Below, one piece after another: positions 25,238 to 37,522 of a DNA stretch of 64,000 bases. A program made the position numbers and the translations under genes. Position 1 is the first letter of the stretch; every line of letters starts with the position of its first letter. Under the pieces are notes generated by a model. That model made no database searches and had not been told where the DNA came from. It worked only from the letters and a program-made list of their open reading frames with translations. The stretch is taken from the NCBI RefSeq assembly GCF_023055435.1, contig NW_025964372.1, positions 51,646,001-51,710,000 on the forward strand. The letters run 5' to 3'. Source of the stretch: Haliotis rufescens. Lineage: Eukaryota.

Positions 25238-25565
25238 AATTAACTCAGGCTCTTTCTGTAACCTGATCAATGTTTCAGGTGTTCATACTGTCCCGAATCT
25301 TTCGTCCTTTTAAAAGCTACAAATGTTTCTTATTGTGATCTACATTGATATATTCGTTCTATCTGTTTCAGGCAAACAAGCCTCCAAAGTTCCTTGAAGT
25401 GTTAGTTACTATTGCGCTGTACTGCATAACATCAGAAAAACAGAAATAAAGGACATGCGAATCTTTGCCTGGCTAACTCAGTTGAGAAGAATCTCTAGGA
25501 GCTATATTGGGCGATACGTATAAAGAATAACTCCCGCTGACTTATCTAAGGATAAACGTAGAGCT

Positions 25566-28325
25566 ATGGAGACGGACACGGAGCAGAGATGTCCAGGTGT
25601 TTCGCAACCAGTGTCATGTTCTAGTTCCCCCTGGGCAGTCGTACTGAACCAAGACCAGTCTACTTCCGACTCCAGTGATGACGGGGACTCTGCTACCCAG
25701 GCCGCCCAAATATCCACGGCTGATGAGCACCAACAAGATGACTGCAGCAGAATAAAACCAGAACATGTTGAAAAATCGAACACCTCGAAAAGAAGGCCAA
25801 TTGGTCTCCCTGAAGAACATGCTCCCAGAAGAGCTGGGGACCTTGAAGGCGCAGGTAGGTCTGACGATGAAGACTTCATGATTGACACTTTCGATGATGT
25901 GGTGGAGAAACCTGATGACCCTGATGATAAACCTCCAGAGGACAGGCTTGTATCAGACCGAGTCCTGAGGCACCGCAGATGTCATAGGCTGCAGTGCAAT
26001 CAGTGTGGTATGTATATCGAGGAGAAGTGCTTCAAGCACCATGTGACTACAGCCCACCTGAGACAGAAGACTAACTTTCTGTGTAAAGACTGTGGAAAAG
26101 GGTTCAACTTTAAAAGCGGTTTAATTCTTCATAGGGCTAAACATCACGGTGGGAAACTGCTTAAGAGGACAATGATATCAGCATCACCACGTTCTGAGTC
26201 AAAGAAGATTAAAAAATCAGACAAAAATGTGAAATTATTCTGTGACGTTTGTGGAAAGACTTTTAAGCATATCACGTCCCTTTCTATCCACTTGGAGAAA
26301 CATGCTCTGCCAGAAATATTTGAATGTGGAATTTGTAATAAACCATTCGTTACCAAGGTAACGTATGAAGAGCATAGGGAATTCCATGAGGGTCTTCAGG
26401 TGAACCAGTGTTATATATGTGGGAAACTATGTGGCCGAAAGAAGCACTCACATGAAGCTCAATATGAATGTGATAAATGCTCAAAGATGTTCTTTGAGGC
26501 GACGCATCTCGCCATCCACATGGTGACTCACGCCCAACATGGTGGCATCCAGTGCAGCGTCTGCAAGCTTAAGTTCCCGTGTAAAACTGACTATGATCAG
26601 CATGTGAAGCAGCACACGGAAGGAGATGAACCCAAGAGATGTGAAATCTGTGGTAAGAGCTTTCCAACGAAGAGCCTTCTGAAGGGCCATGTCAGCATGG
26701 TTCACCTAGGGAAGAAGGGTCATCCGTGTAACATCTGCGGTGAGGAGTTCTTCAAACTGAAGCACCTTCAGGCTCACCATCGGGATCACGCCGTCAAGAA
26801 GGTCATCGCGTGTAACATTTGTGGAGAGTCTTTTGCCTTGAGGTCGAGTTTGAGGACACATATGCGAGTTCACCAGAATGATGTCATCTATAAATGTGTC
26901 GTGTGTCCAAAACAGGTTACAGATATGGATGCTCTGAAGGTTCATGTTGACGGTCATGGAGACGAGGACAGTCTGGACTGCTGTGTGTGTGGGATGCAGC
27001 TGGCAGACTGTGACGAGGTGATGGCGCACATCCGGAAACACAGGGGTGGTCAGCTGACGATGACAGAGGAAGAGTACAAATCCAAGAAGAGGCATGGATG
27101 CTCTGGAGAATCAGAGACCGGGGAACAGAAGGAGAGAGTGTCGGTGAAATGTACCGTCTGTCACAAGACCTTCCACTTTGTGTCCAGCCTCCAGTCACAC
27201 ATGCGCATTCACCAGACAGATCAGCTACTGAACTGCCACATCTGTCGTGAAGCGTGGCCTGGAGTCAAGGTGCTGAGAGAACACATCAAGGCCCACAGAA
27301 AGGACCTGAAGAACAACCCTGAAGATCCTCCTGACATAGCTGACCCTTCCACAGATGCTGGTCCCCCTAAGTCCTCCGAGGTCGGGAAGAAGAAGAGGCA
27401 TCGCTGTGACATCTGCCTTCAGAAGTTTGTGAGCTATTATGGTTGTAAGACACACAGGCTTCTCCACACAGGCGAGAAGCCTTTCCGCTGTGATGTATGT
27501 GGTCAGAGCTATGTCCTCGCGGGGTCACTGAAGGTGCACATGCTGTCTCATACTAACGAGAGGCCACATGTCTGTGAGATCTGCGGAAAGAGCTTCAAGC
27601 AGCCGTATATCCTCCGCGAGCACCAGATGTCCCACACGGGCAAGAAGCCGTTTCTGTGTGATCTCTGTGGCAAAAGTTTCGTGAACAAAAAGAAACTTAA
27701 GCTGCATACTTTTGTTCATACCCGTGAGACCCCCTTCAACTGTAAAGTTTGTGGGAGAGGCTTCAGGGCCTTTGTGACGAGACAGAAGCACAAGTGTGAA
27801 GGCCGCCCAACACCACAAGACCCTTCAGCAGATGCTTCAGAAGTCAGATCCAGGGATGTGGGACTTGTGGCTGTTGCAAGACCCCACACACAGCAGGTAC
27901 AGCTGCCACACGAATATCCGGCCTCGATGCCTAGCTATGGGGATTACGCGTACACTTCAGTTCCAGGACCGGAATACAACGTCAGTAACCTTGGTTACAA
28001 ACACCAAACAGGGCAGCATCTTTATGGACAGGATCCCTACCAACCAACTCATAGATCAATGGCTGGGCAGATGTTGCCCGTCTTGACCCGGGACTACATG
28101 CCGCCAGCGTCTCGGTACATCGATCCGAGGAACCCCCCTCCCCCGGTGCCCACCCCAGTTCCTCAACAACCACAGCCATCACTGAACTGGCAGGGATCTC
28201 CCCCCGGTGCGTCATGCACAGAAGGACTTCCGGGGGAGAGGGGGCATAGTCATGACAACCAGCAGTATCCGGTTGGAGCGACCAGGATCGACTTAGGATG
28301 GAAAGTGTCTGACAGAGATGGGTGA
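25566..28325 (+). CDS. C2H2 zinc-finger protein (~19 fingers, single coding exon)
   Basis: 919-aa ORF with repeated CxxC...HxxxH units and canonical linkers (HTGEKPF, HTNERPH, HTGKKPF). Acidic N-terminus, Pro/Gln/Tyr-rich C-terminus, upstream acceptor tgtttcag at about 25371. Confidence 0.95.
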   Translation: METDTEQRCPGVSQPVSCSSSPWAVVLNQDQSTSDSSDDGDSATQAAQISTADEHQQDDCSRIKPEHVEKSNTSKRRPIGLPEEHAPRRAGDLEGAGRSDDEDFMIDTFDDVVEKPDDPDDKPPEDRLVSDRVLRHRRCHRLQCNQCGMYIEEKCFKHHVTTAHLRQKTNFLCKDCGKGFNFKSGLILHRAKHHGGKLLKRTMISASPRSESKKIKKSDKNVKLFCDVCGKTFKHITSLSIHLEKHALPEIFECGICNKPFVTKVTYEEHREFHEGLQVNQCYICGKLCGRKKHSHEAQYECDKCSKMFFEATHLAIHMVTHAQHGGIQCSVCKLKFPCKTDYDQHVKQHTEGDEPKRCEICGKSFPTKSLLKGHVSMVHLGKKGHPCNICGEEFFKLKHLQAHHRDHAVKKVIACNICGESFALRSSLRTHMRVHQNDVIYKCVVCPKQVTDMDALKVHVDGHGDEDSLDCCVCGMQLADCDEVMAHIRKHRGGQLTMTEEEYKSKKRHGCSGESETGEQKERVSVKCTVCHKTFHFVSSLQSHMRIHQTDQLLNCHICREAWPGVKVLREHIKAHRKDLKNNPEDPPDIADPSTDAGPPKSSEVGKKKRHRCDICLQKFVSYYGCKTHRLLHTGEKPFRCDVCGQSYVLAGSLKVHMLSHTNERPHVCEICGKSFKQPYILREHQMSHTGKKPFLCDLCGKSFVNKKKLKLHTFVHTRETPFNCKVCGRGFRAFVTRQKHKCEGRPTPQDPSADASEVRSRDVGLVAVARPHTQQVQLPHEYPASMPSYGDYAYTSVPGPEYNVSNLGYKHQTGQHLYGQDPYQPTHRSMAGQMLPVLTRDYMPPASRYIDPRNPPPPVPTPVPQQPQPSLNWQGSPPGASCTEGLPGERGHSHDNQQYPVGATRIDLGWKVSDRDG

Positions 28326-28878
28326 AACATGCCGGTCTCGTGAATTGAAACACTTGCTGAAGGTGATATCCTATTGCAGGTGCTGCATGTCCCAACCGTC
28401 GACGAGCCTTTAACCAATCTAGGTCTCGACGATGATTTCATTTAATCTGGGAAGGGCTGCCAATTGGTCCCGGTCTAGTCAAAACTGAATGCATATTTTT
28501 CAGTGGATAAATATATTCGTCGTTGCCTAGGACACTAATATTTCAACTCAGACTCTCCGCTGATAATAAATAAGAAGTGAGATTGTTGACTTTTTGTTTG
28601 CAAAATCTTTCACAATTTAGTTGCACAAGAAGAAGGGTGCAGTTGGCGAGTTGCGTCCCTTGACTTCGAGGAACAGGCTGCTTAATAGTCATATGATACT
28701 TGGATTCAATGATTGACGGGCCTCGTCTGTTCTTGATAATTAATGAATGATTTTTTCTAAAAAGTTTTCGGGATATGTTATTTCAAAGAGTTTGTAAGCA
28801 GATGTCGTTCCGACATTACACACTTCTTTGGTTGAAAGCGAACTGCATGCAGATGGCTAAAACAATCATGTCCAAACA

Positions 28879-29153
28879 GTGAGTGAGTTGGGTTTAACGC
28901 CGCTTTTAACAGTATTCCAGTTATATCACAGCGTGTCAGCTTAATGTGGGAGGAAAGCCCGAAGTGATGCAGGTCTCAGACGTTTACCACTTCGGTGAAA
29001 CCCACGAGCACGGGTATGGTGCTGACAAACCTAGAAACATAATCGCGGCGAACCGGGATTCGAACCCACAATCATAGGTTTCTGGCGTGCCCAAGGGACG
29101 CAACTCTACACAGCGAATCGCGGCGCCTTAGACGACTGGCTACACGTGCCCCC
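28879..29153 (-). mobile_element. SINE family C, full length
   Basis: Head GGGGCACGTGTAGCCAGTCGTCTAAGGCGC...GGTTCGAATCCCGG; flanking TSD-like tgtccaaacag at about 28869 and 29154. Confidence 0.9.
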
Positions 29154-29171
29154 TGTCCAAACAGGTCAGCA

Positions 29172-29417
29172 TGTTTGATTGTTGATTGTTTGTTGTATAA
29201 CTCCTCACTCAGCAATATTCCAGCTATATGTAGGCGGCCTGTAAGTTATCGAATCTGGACAAGACATTCCAGTGATTGACATCATGAATATCGATCTACG
29301 CAATTTGGTACGATGACATGCATCGACCAAGTCAGCGAGCCTGACCACCCGATCCCGTTTGTCGACCAGCTTAGGTTGCTAGGGGCCTATATTCTCCCCC
29401 TGATGCCTCATGGGTAA
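29172..29417 (-). mobile_element. retroposon family B
   Basis: Family consensus, diverged. Confidence 0.85.
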
Positions 29418-29514
29418 TTGGCCAGGGATTATACAGAAGGTACTTTACTTATACATTATAGTCATGTAATGCAAGGAAACAGTTTACATGTAAATTCAGA
29501 TTTCGATAACAGGA

Positions 29515-29673
29515 GGGGCGGTCGGGTAGCCCAGTAATTAAAGCGTTCTCTCGTCACGCCGAAGACCCGGGTTCGATTCCCCCCATGGGTACAATGTGTG
29601 AAGCCCATTTCTGGTGTCTCCCGCCGTGATATTGCTGGAATATTGCTAAAAGCGGTGTAAAACCAACTCGCTC
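29515..29673 (+). mobile_element. SINE family A
   Basis: Near-identical to the other family A copies. Confidence 0.9.
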
Positions 29674-30202
29674 AGAACAAATCGCATGTGATCTGAGGCG
29701 AGTTCAAGTCTAGATTGTCTCAACTCGGGGCTTTATTTATGTTGTAGATATATATGTTTCGGTAAAATTACTTTATTCCTGCGGCTACATGTTAGTCTAC
29801 CCTCGCCCGCAACAAATGATTCCTGAAAAGTCACTTTTCTCGCAGAGCTTGGATACAGTAGACCTCAGAGTGTGTTTTCCTACAGCAGTATCAGCACGCT
29901 AAACATTGTGTCTCATGTAGTGGAGGGGTGCAGTTAGAGGGTGTTGTATTTACCTTTCCTGAGCCTAAAGAATTTTTAAAAAGTTATAAATATTCAGAAG
30001 CAGTATTTTGCAAGAAATATGGGAATTTTTAGAAATGTAACTATGTGAATGATAACTCAGTATCGCGTATACAAGTTATTCCATAATTCCATACTATTGC
30101 CTGTAATTATTCAATGTTACGAAGTGATATATTCATTTCAATATATGTCAATATTAAGACAGATATACGGATGACATAGGCATATCGATAGAAACATTCG
30201 TT

Positions 30203-30390
30203 AGTGAGTTGGGTTTAACACCACTTAGATGAAACCCACGAGTACTTGTATGGTGCTGACAAACCTAGAAAACACAATCATGACTAACCGGGATTCGAAC
30301 CCAGGGTCATAGGTTTATTGCGTGCCCAAGGGACAGACAGACAAAACCCCGCACAGAGAATTGCGGCGCCTAAGACGACTGGGCCACCTG
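30203..30390 (-). mobile_element. SINE family C, internally deleted copy (another fragment at 53380-53580)
   Basis: Head and tail retained, core deleted. Confidence 0.8.
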
Positions 30391-30494
30391 TGCCTCGATA
30401 GCGACATAGACAGACAACTCTTTGTGATGCCTCAAGACATTCTGAATCACTTCCAGAGAAATCAACGTTCAACAGATCACTATTACATACAATG

Positions 30495-30651
30495 CAGGGT
30501 TAGAAACTGACAGTTTTTGTCCACTAGTCCTTATAATGATAACATATAACAAAAAAACTTAAATTTGGCCAATTTCTACTGGTCCTTAGGATACCTTTAC
30601 TATTAGGCAGTTTGGTAAGGACTACGGGATTAGCGCCAATTTCTAACGCTG
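30495..30651. mobile_element. small hAT-like MITE
   Basis: CAGGGTTAGAAA...TTTCTAACGCTG termini; TSD unclear. Confidence 0.5.
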
Positions 30652-31731
30652 CAATGGTTTCGAGCCCTGCTTAGTAACTGTGATGTATTGATAGTTTCTA
30701 TCAATTTGTTGTCTTCCAGTCATTTCCAAATTATATCTCTTGTATTGTGAAAGAAAATATAACGGCATTTTGACGATCTCAAGCAAAGACATAATTATAA
30801 AATATTTAAATTATGGGGGCCAAACTGTAGTATTAGACAGGTTTACAAGCGGTTACCTGGTGAAAATCTGTATAATATGTATAGCTTGTTAGATTGTCCA
30901 AGAACCTTTTTACATTCTAACACAATAGTGTTTTGTGCAGTGCATTGAAAGGGCTAAGATGGTTCTGGGGTGTCTCTGCGCGACGTCTCATTGATATGAA
31001 GAGACGGAGCCCAGCTCGCAGGCAGGGGAATCACATTTTCGCAAAGACGTGTCATGACTATTTGATAGTGATTCAAAACATGATCATGATATAGTCGAAA
31101 TCGTACAATCGACTGCTTTGAGCTGATATTTCTTATGAAAAAGGAAAGTGTTCTGTCGCTTTTATTCACACTCCGTCGCAGTGGTGACTCAGCATAACAC
31201 CACTGCCACAGGCTAATTTGCATATCACGTGACCGGACTTTTCTCTTGTTTGTAAACAAACGCGCTTTTTCAGAAATCAGTATAGAACAGACTAATGCAA
31301 GTATTTGGGGGCGCTTCACATATTGTTTTGCATAACTATATAGATATGCTACTACAACTGCGACAGTGAGTTGCATGACAATATATATTTATGCATCAAA
31401 GTGACCGTGTCGCTAGCTCTCCGTTGGGCTTCGATGACAGCACGTGGAGCCGTACAACCAATGTAAACATAGGATAACTACGCAAAAACAAGTAGATTTT
31501 TACGTATTTGCATACTTTCTCAATGAAAGTTAACCATTCTTTGACATTTGTTTATGAAAATGTGTAGACTTGTCAAACATGAAACGGATGAAAAGCATAT
31601 GCAATATCTTGAATGGACTGTGAAAGATGTGACGAATCGTCACATGGCGCTGGCCTGTGGCAGAGGTACTATGCTAGCTGGCTGCCGGCCGCATGGAACT
31701 CTGGGTAGGAGAGTGATTGAAAGCTAAACTA

Positions 31732-31786
31732 TGACGTCACATGAGAACGTCATCCCATTGTTTTCGTTTGGCTGTTTATGACGTCA
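31732..31786 (+). promoter_or_regulatory. two perfect CRE sites flanking a Sox-like motif, upstream of the 3-exon orphan gene
   Basis: TGACGTCA at 31732 and 31779; CATTGT at 31756; ATG 80 nt downstream. Confidence 0.55.
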
Positions 31787-31865
31787 TGATGAGTATCATT
31801 CATTTATACTGAGCGGCAACGTCGTTGGAGCAGGCTGTTCATGCGAAACATCACAAGGCATTAAG

Positions 31866-31884
31866 ATGAAAGAAACGCGCGTCG
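31866..31884 (+). CDS. orphan gene, coding exon 1 (MKETRV)
   Basis: aagATG start, G|GTGAGT donor, phase 1. Confidence 0.55.
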
Positions 31885-33088
31885 GTGAGTATATATTTAA
31901 TCCGTATTAGATACAATGGTATGCCGTTGCTCGAAGTTTATGCCTGAAGTATATATATCGATATCATTGTTGCGTAATGCCGAACAGTGTGTTCATGTTT
32001 GTCAACCAGCCTAAATGCCCACAGCTTTCTGTATTATTTCAGCGTATCATAAAAAGTCATGCTTTATTTTCTGTGCCAAAATTGATGAGGGTTTGTTTGG
32101 AAAAACGAATAATTCAATGTTATTTAGATTGTATGGAAATATGGAAAGAATTAGTAGGAGATAAACTGTTTTCCAATTAGGGAACATAGATGCGAAACGG
32201 AACGCCCCAGGTCGCCGTTTTTCAAGTAAAGCAAGTTTATCATATAATGGGTAGGTTTCTCGGCAGGATAAAGCCAACGGAAAAAAACGATATCCGTTGG
32301 GGTCATATGCGGATAGAGATGCAAACATCAAAGGTCAAGAAGGGACTTCTTTCACTGTTTATAAACAAACATGGCGTCGGCCTCGTCATTCGGCGATCGA
32401 GTCAGAATTAACCATCGGAATCTGGATAAACTACAGGGATAATTGCTATCATTATCAAAAGAACAGTCTAATATACTGAAAATCAGTGTCTAACTGTGAC
32501 GAAGCTAAGGCATTTTAAAAGTTTTGGCAACTTTGGAGATATAAATTTCGAAACAATCTTGCGAGGGCACGAGGCCTAGCCAAGCGGGATCAGTAGCTAT
32601 ATCCGTGCTTGTAGACCTCTGCGGCTTGAAACCTTCTCCACAAATTAAAATAGTTGGATTTGGCCGAAATATGTTTGAATTGTTACCTTGTTTCGTTTTG
32701 TCGATGTGTGTACATCTGACTACACTTCTTAACGTTATGACAGGACAGACCGACTGTCAACAACGTCTAACCGTGGCCGTGACGTCTCATAGACTAGAGT
32801 TAGAGTAGCTTCCCTTTGACAAAGGGCAGTAACTCTAGCGGACAGACCGATGGATTGCCGCGAAACAACTGTTGTTTTGCGTATATGTTGCTTCGCCACT
32901 GTATAAGAAACAGATTTCAATTTGAACTATATTGGCTACTGTCACTTTCCGACTGACACATCACTTACCCTGTGACGTAATAATATTAATGCGCGCATTC
33001 CAGGAAAACTCGCAATGTTTCGGTAAAGTTTGTAAGAGAGGGAAAGCGATTTTGAAGCACAGAATTTAAGAATGACATTATATGATAA

Positions 33089-33244
33089 AGAGGTTATCAC
33101 GCTTGTGTGTTTGGGGATGGTAAATATCCTGTATTAGGAATAAACACTATGTATTTAGCTCGCCAAGGCTCGCTAAATACAATGTTTGTTTATTCCTAAT
33201 GCAGGATATTTACCATCCCCAAACACACTCGCGTGATAACCTCT
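33089..33244. repeat. palindromic (fold-back) element with ~70-bp arms
   Basis: agaggttatcacgc...gtgtttggggatggtaaatatcctg...caggatatttaccatccccaaacac...gcgtgataacctct, with a central gccaaggc. Confidence 0.9.
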
Positions 33245-33685
33245 ATGTAGCTAATTTTAAGCTTTATCGCCCTATGTTTCAAATAGTGACGCTGTCGCGT
33301 GTGCTATCTGCTCATGTATATCTTAGCAATACTAGTAGACACGGGCCTGTAAATACTGCATCACATAACTTTAAATAACTTTAAAAAGATGCTACGCATG
33401 AAGATCAGGGTTCAAATTGATCTCCAGCATCCCATGCTTGTAAGAGGCGACGGCTAAAATACAGAATACCGAATGTCTAGTTAAGTAAAGATCTCTTTTA
33501 AAACTCTCATAATATACAGGGGTGGTGGGGTAGCGAAGTGGTTAATTTCTAGTGTCTCCGCCGTGGTATAGTTTGAATATTGCTAAAAAAAAAGGCGTAA
33601 AATCCAACTCACTCACTATCACTCAGAATATATAAATGTATGTTGTTTGAGGAATGACGTCAACTGTTGTGTTTGTGTTGTACAG

Positions 33686-33756
33686 CGTGGAAGGACATGT
33701 GGCAGTACTGGCCGCTGCCGGCAGATTCAGACGACGAGCTCAAACCTCCAAATCTG
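33686..33756 (+). CDS. orphan gene, coding exon 2 (AWKDMWQYWPLPADSDDELKPPNL)
   Basis: tgtgttgtacag|CG acceptor, CTG|GTCAGT donor, 71 nt, phase 1 to 0, GC-rich. Confidence 0.6.
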
Positions 33757-34083
33757 GTCAGTAGTTGATCAGCTGGTAGCACGTGCGTCCTTAGTGGTAC
33801 AATGACGTCTCATTTCACAGGACATGGTAGAATGTTGTTTAGAGCTACATACATAAATATTCCAGCCACATGGCGGCCTGGATATAGATTATCGAGTCTG
33901 GACCAGACGAACCAGTGACTGAACACATGAGCACCCAACTCCGCCGCCGGGCTACGATGACATGCAGTCACGCGATTATATCAGATCCGGAACCCCCTGG
34001 GACACCAGTACACAAAGCAGTAAACTGTCTACAAACTGCCATCTTCCCGCGGCAAGGGAGTTAACTCACTGTAAAATTCCAGG

Positions 34084-34759
34084 TTGATGATTGATGATCA
34101 TTAAAAGGTTTTATTGGTGTTCGGGCATTTACACCTTGCCTATAATTAGGTTTTCTAAGTACCTAGATATTTTATAAAGTATCAAAACTGCCACATGCTT
34201 TAATATACGCGAGAATGACATTCTGAACATCATGGCGAACAATATTCCTAGAACATAAAATGCCAGACAATGAGAAGTCAATTTTGAGAACTTTTAGAGA
34301 CTCCACCATTGCCTTACGCTGATTAACATACTTTTGGCAATGCAATAGAAAATGAGCTACATTACCAAGCTGATTACACACTGTACAATGTGCAGAAATG
34401 TCTCTATTTATAACATTAAGATAAGCACCAAGACCACAATGCCCAAGACGAAGTCGAGAGAACCTCCCCTCTCCGATTATTTCTAGATATGTGTAATTTA
34501 GTGATAAAAGAATCGATGCCATAAAGATGACGTCCTTTTAAGGATGATGCCCATCTCTGCTGCCCTTTTGTTTTAGCATGGGTCATACTGACGGTGCCTA
34601 AATTAAATAAAATTATTTCAACCTGTTTTGAGTCATCAAATTCTAGTGCAGCTTTTGCCAATTTATCAGCTTTCTCATTTCCAAGTAATCCAACATGAGC
34701 AGGGATCCATGAAAATTCAACTTTACTTAAGCCATTATAAAGGACGAGAATAACCAAAG
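34084..34759 (-). mobile_element. 5'-truncated I-group LINE fragment (RNase H and C-terminal zinc knuckle), frameshifted
   Basis: WIPAHVGLLGNEKADKLAK (RNase H) and RLRLGHCGL...CTVC...HFLLHC. Short 3' UTR with an ATCA-type tail; TSD tccagg. Confidence 0.9.
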
Positions 34760-34898
34760 TCCAGGACTTTTCCAGTCAGTTAACTCCCTTGCCTCGGGAA
34801 GATGATATGCTGCACGTAGCAGTATTCTCGTGGTTCACAGTACTAAACAAACATTGGGATTTTAATACGTGTATTTGTACAAATATCCACCGAGAAAG

Positions 34899-35402
34899 GG
34901 GACCCGTGAAGATCCGATTAAAATAGGGCTTCAGCAACCCATGCTTGTCGTAAGAGGCGTAAGAGGATCGGGTAGTCAGGCTCGCTGACTTTGTTGATGC
35001 ATGTCCTCGTATCACAAACGCTTAGGATCGATGCTCATGATATCAATCACTGGATCGTCTGGTCCAGACAAGATGTTTTACAGACCGCGTCAAATAGCTG
35101 GAATATTGCTGAGTGCGGTGTAAAACAACAAACAAACAAGAAATGGTCATGTATCACTTGTTCATATAAGGCGACTATGCTTGTCGTAAAAGGCGACTTA
35201 CGGGATCGGGTGGTCAGGCTCGCTGACTTGGTTGATGCATGTCATCGATCCCAAATGCGTGGATTGATGTTCATGATATCAATCACTGGATTGTCTGGTC
35301 CAGACTCGATTATTTACAGACCGCCGTCATATAGCTGGAATATTGCTGAGTGCGGTGTTCAACAACAAACCAACCAACAAACCAACCAACCAACCAACCA
35401 AC
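34899..35402 (+). mobile_element. two tandem family B copies (34899-35139 and 35165-35402)
   Basis: The first copy starts gggacccgtgaagatcc; both end in AAC-rich tails. Confidence 0.9.
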
Positions 35403-35874
35403 TTGTTCATATAAGACACTAGACAACACATACTGGCGACTGTCTTGGCACCAAGATTGGTTTGTTAGTTATTTGAGGACGCTATGGTTAACAAGAATGG
35501 TATTGAAGGCCCCATTATTCTTCTATTGTTGAGAAATGGCGATTTGTAAGCATTCGGTGATCTGTTTACAAACTCTCTAAAGACATTTCTGTTGATTCCG
35601 TGCACGGGGTTCCTGGAATATTGCAGACGTGGCGTTAAACAACAAAACAAACAAACCCTTCCGCGTTCATTATTTTAGGCAGTTGAAGTGGATACAGTTG
35701 AAGTTCGAATTTGTACACTGGTGTATAGTGTAGATATTTTTTTCTCTTCTTCTGAGCATACAAATATCAAGCCCCCTTTCTGTTCATCGTATTGTTTTGT
35801 AAATCGTGACATGAAAACGCGTTGAGTAATGCAAACCATGCATCTATTTATTATTTTTCTGTGTTTGATTCAAG

Positions 35875-36386
35875 CCACGCCCCTCCCGTCCGGTCGTGCA
35901 GATGAACCGACCCTCACCTGCAGTGAGAGCCAAGCTCCGCCCTTACGCTCCCTGTAGCGAGTCAGCATTTATTTCCCCTTGGGTGTCGGACGACCGGCGC
36001 GCCGTCACGTACATGCTGTATGCGTCCCTGGAAGAAACTCGTCTGCTCAGCACTCTGTTCCGCAGAAAGGCCACAAATGCCACTATTAAGAAAGCCCTGG
36101 GTGACCTGAGAAGACTGAAAGATCAGTTACACACTGACGCCATGTGCGGCATCGCATCAGCGGTCGAAAACCAGCCTCTGCTCAGATCAGACAGAGAGAC
36201 GTCCCCCAGTTCGTCGAGATCCGATTCCTCGTTCTCTGACACGCCTCTCCATCGCTGCCTGGCCAAGACAAGTGTCAGGGTAGGGTACGGGTACGCCACG
36301 CCCCCTTGCGCCAGGGACGACGGGGCGACCGGGGACGCTGATTTCAGATACAGGTACGACATGGACGACGACAGTGGCTTGGACAC

Positions 36387-36419
<33 letters not shown>

Positions 36420-36570
36420 TCAGATCAGAACATCGCCTACCGCAGCGAATCCGTTCAGTCGCCTGTCTCCCCGCCGCCAGTCTAGCATCAGGAAGTTCAT
36501 CGACAGGGTCAGCCGTTTTTTCCGCACACGACGTCATTCCGCCAGCCGTGTTGCTGACGTCATATGCTAG
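35875..36570 (+). CDS. orphan gene, last coding exon (Ser/Arg-rich protein, 261 aa in total)
   Basis: T-rich acceptor ending caag|CCA, in frame with ORF 35896-36570. GC-rich with C/G-ending codons, AATAAA at about 36635. Confidence 0.75.
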
Positions 36571-36989
36571 ATGAACAACAACGTTGCCTCCGTAACATCA
36601 TTGGCATAAAAATGACTTTTTTTAAATGGATCACAATAAAGATTCAGATATTTTTTTAGGTTGCTTGTTTAACATGGTGTCTGGCTTACATTTATGTTGA
36701 CACACATTTCTATTTACAGTACACCAAACGTGTATTTATACAGATTTATAAAGGAAACGCATTTGAGATATATTTTTGCTATCAGAGATTATATATGCAA
36801 TTTAGATCATTATTATGTTATATTTATTATAATAATATTATATAGCTCATAAAGGTTGTACATAATACAACCGTCAGTTCTATAATAATTATGATCTCGT
36901 GTTACATACACGTTGTTTTCACATATACATTCATTGTGTTCTCAAATAAACTGATATTGCAATGTAATGTTTTTGTCTTGCTTTTGATC

Positions 36990-37361
36990 AGTTAGAATAG
37001 GTCTTCAGCAACCCATGCTTGCCGTAAAAGGCGACTATGCTTGTCGTAAGAGACGACCAACGGGATCAGGCAGTCAGGCTCGCTGACTTGGTTGATGCAT
37101 GTCATCGTATCCAATTGTGTAGATGATGCTCATATTAATCACTGGATTTTCTGGTCCAGACTCGATTATTTACAGACCGCCGTCATATAGCTGGAATATT
37201 GCTGAGTGCGGCGTTAAACAACAAACCAACCAACCAACAAACCATTGCGTAGATTGATGCTCATGATATCAATCACTGGATTGTCTGGTCCAGACTCGAT
37301 TATTTACAGACCGACGTCACACAGCTGGAATATTGCGGAATACGGCGGTAAACAACAAACA
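36990..37361 (+). mobile_element. family B copy plus a 5'-truncated second copy
   Basis: Family consensus. Confidence 0.9.
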
Positions 37362-37522
37362 GTACATGTGCTCGTGCTCACTTTGGGCTTTCCTGACAAC
37401 TTGAGACGCTTTAACCCAGCTCACTCACTCACTCACTGACTATCACTGTGCTGGTGTGTGTTCCCTTGGCTGTGCCCCGACGTTGTGCCCCAGTGACCGA
37501 ACCCGTACATCCATGGCCCACT

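Noticed and set aside
34991-35422. Recurrent ORFs of the type MVRLADLVDACHRSQ...SITGLSGPDSIIYRPPSYSWNIAECGV
   Set aside because: Chance translation of retroposon family B; the frame is broken in many copies.
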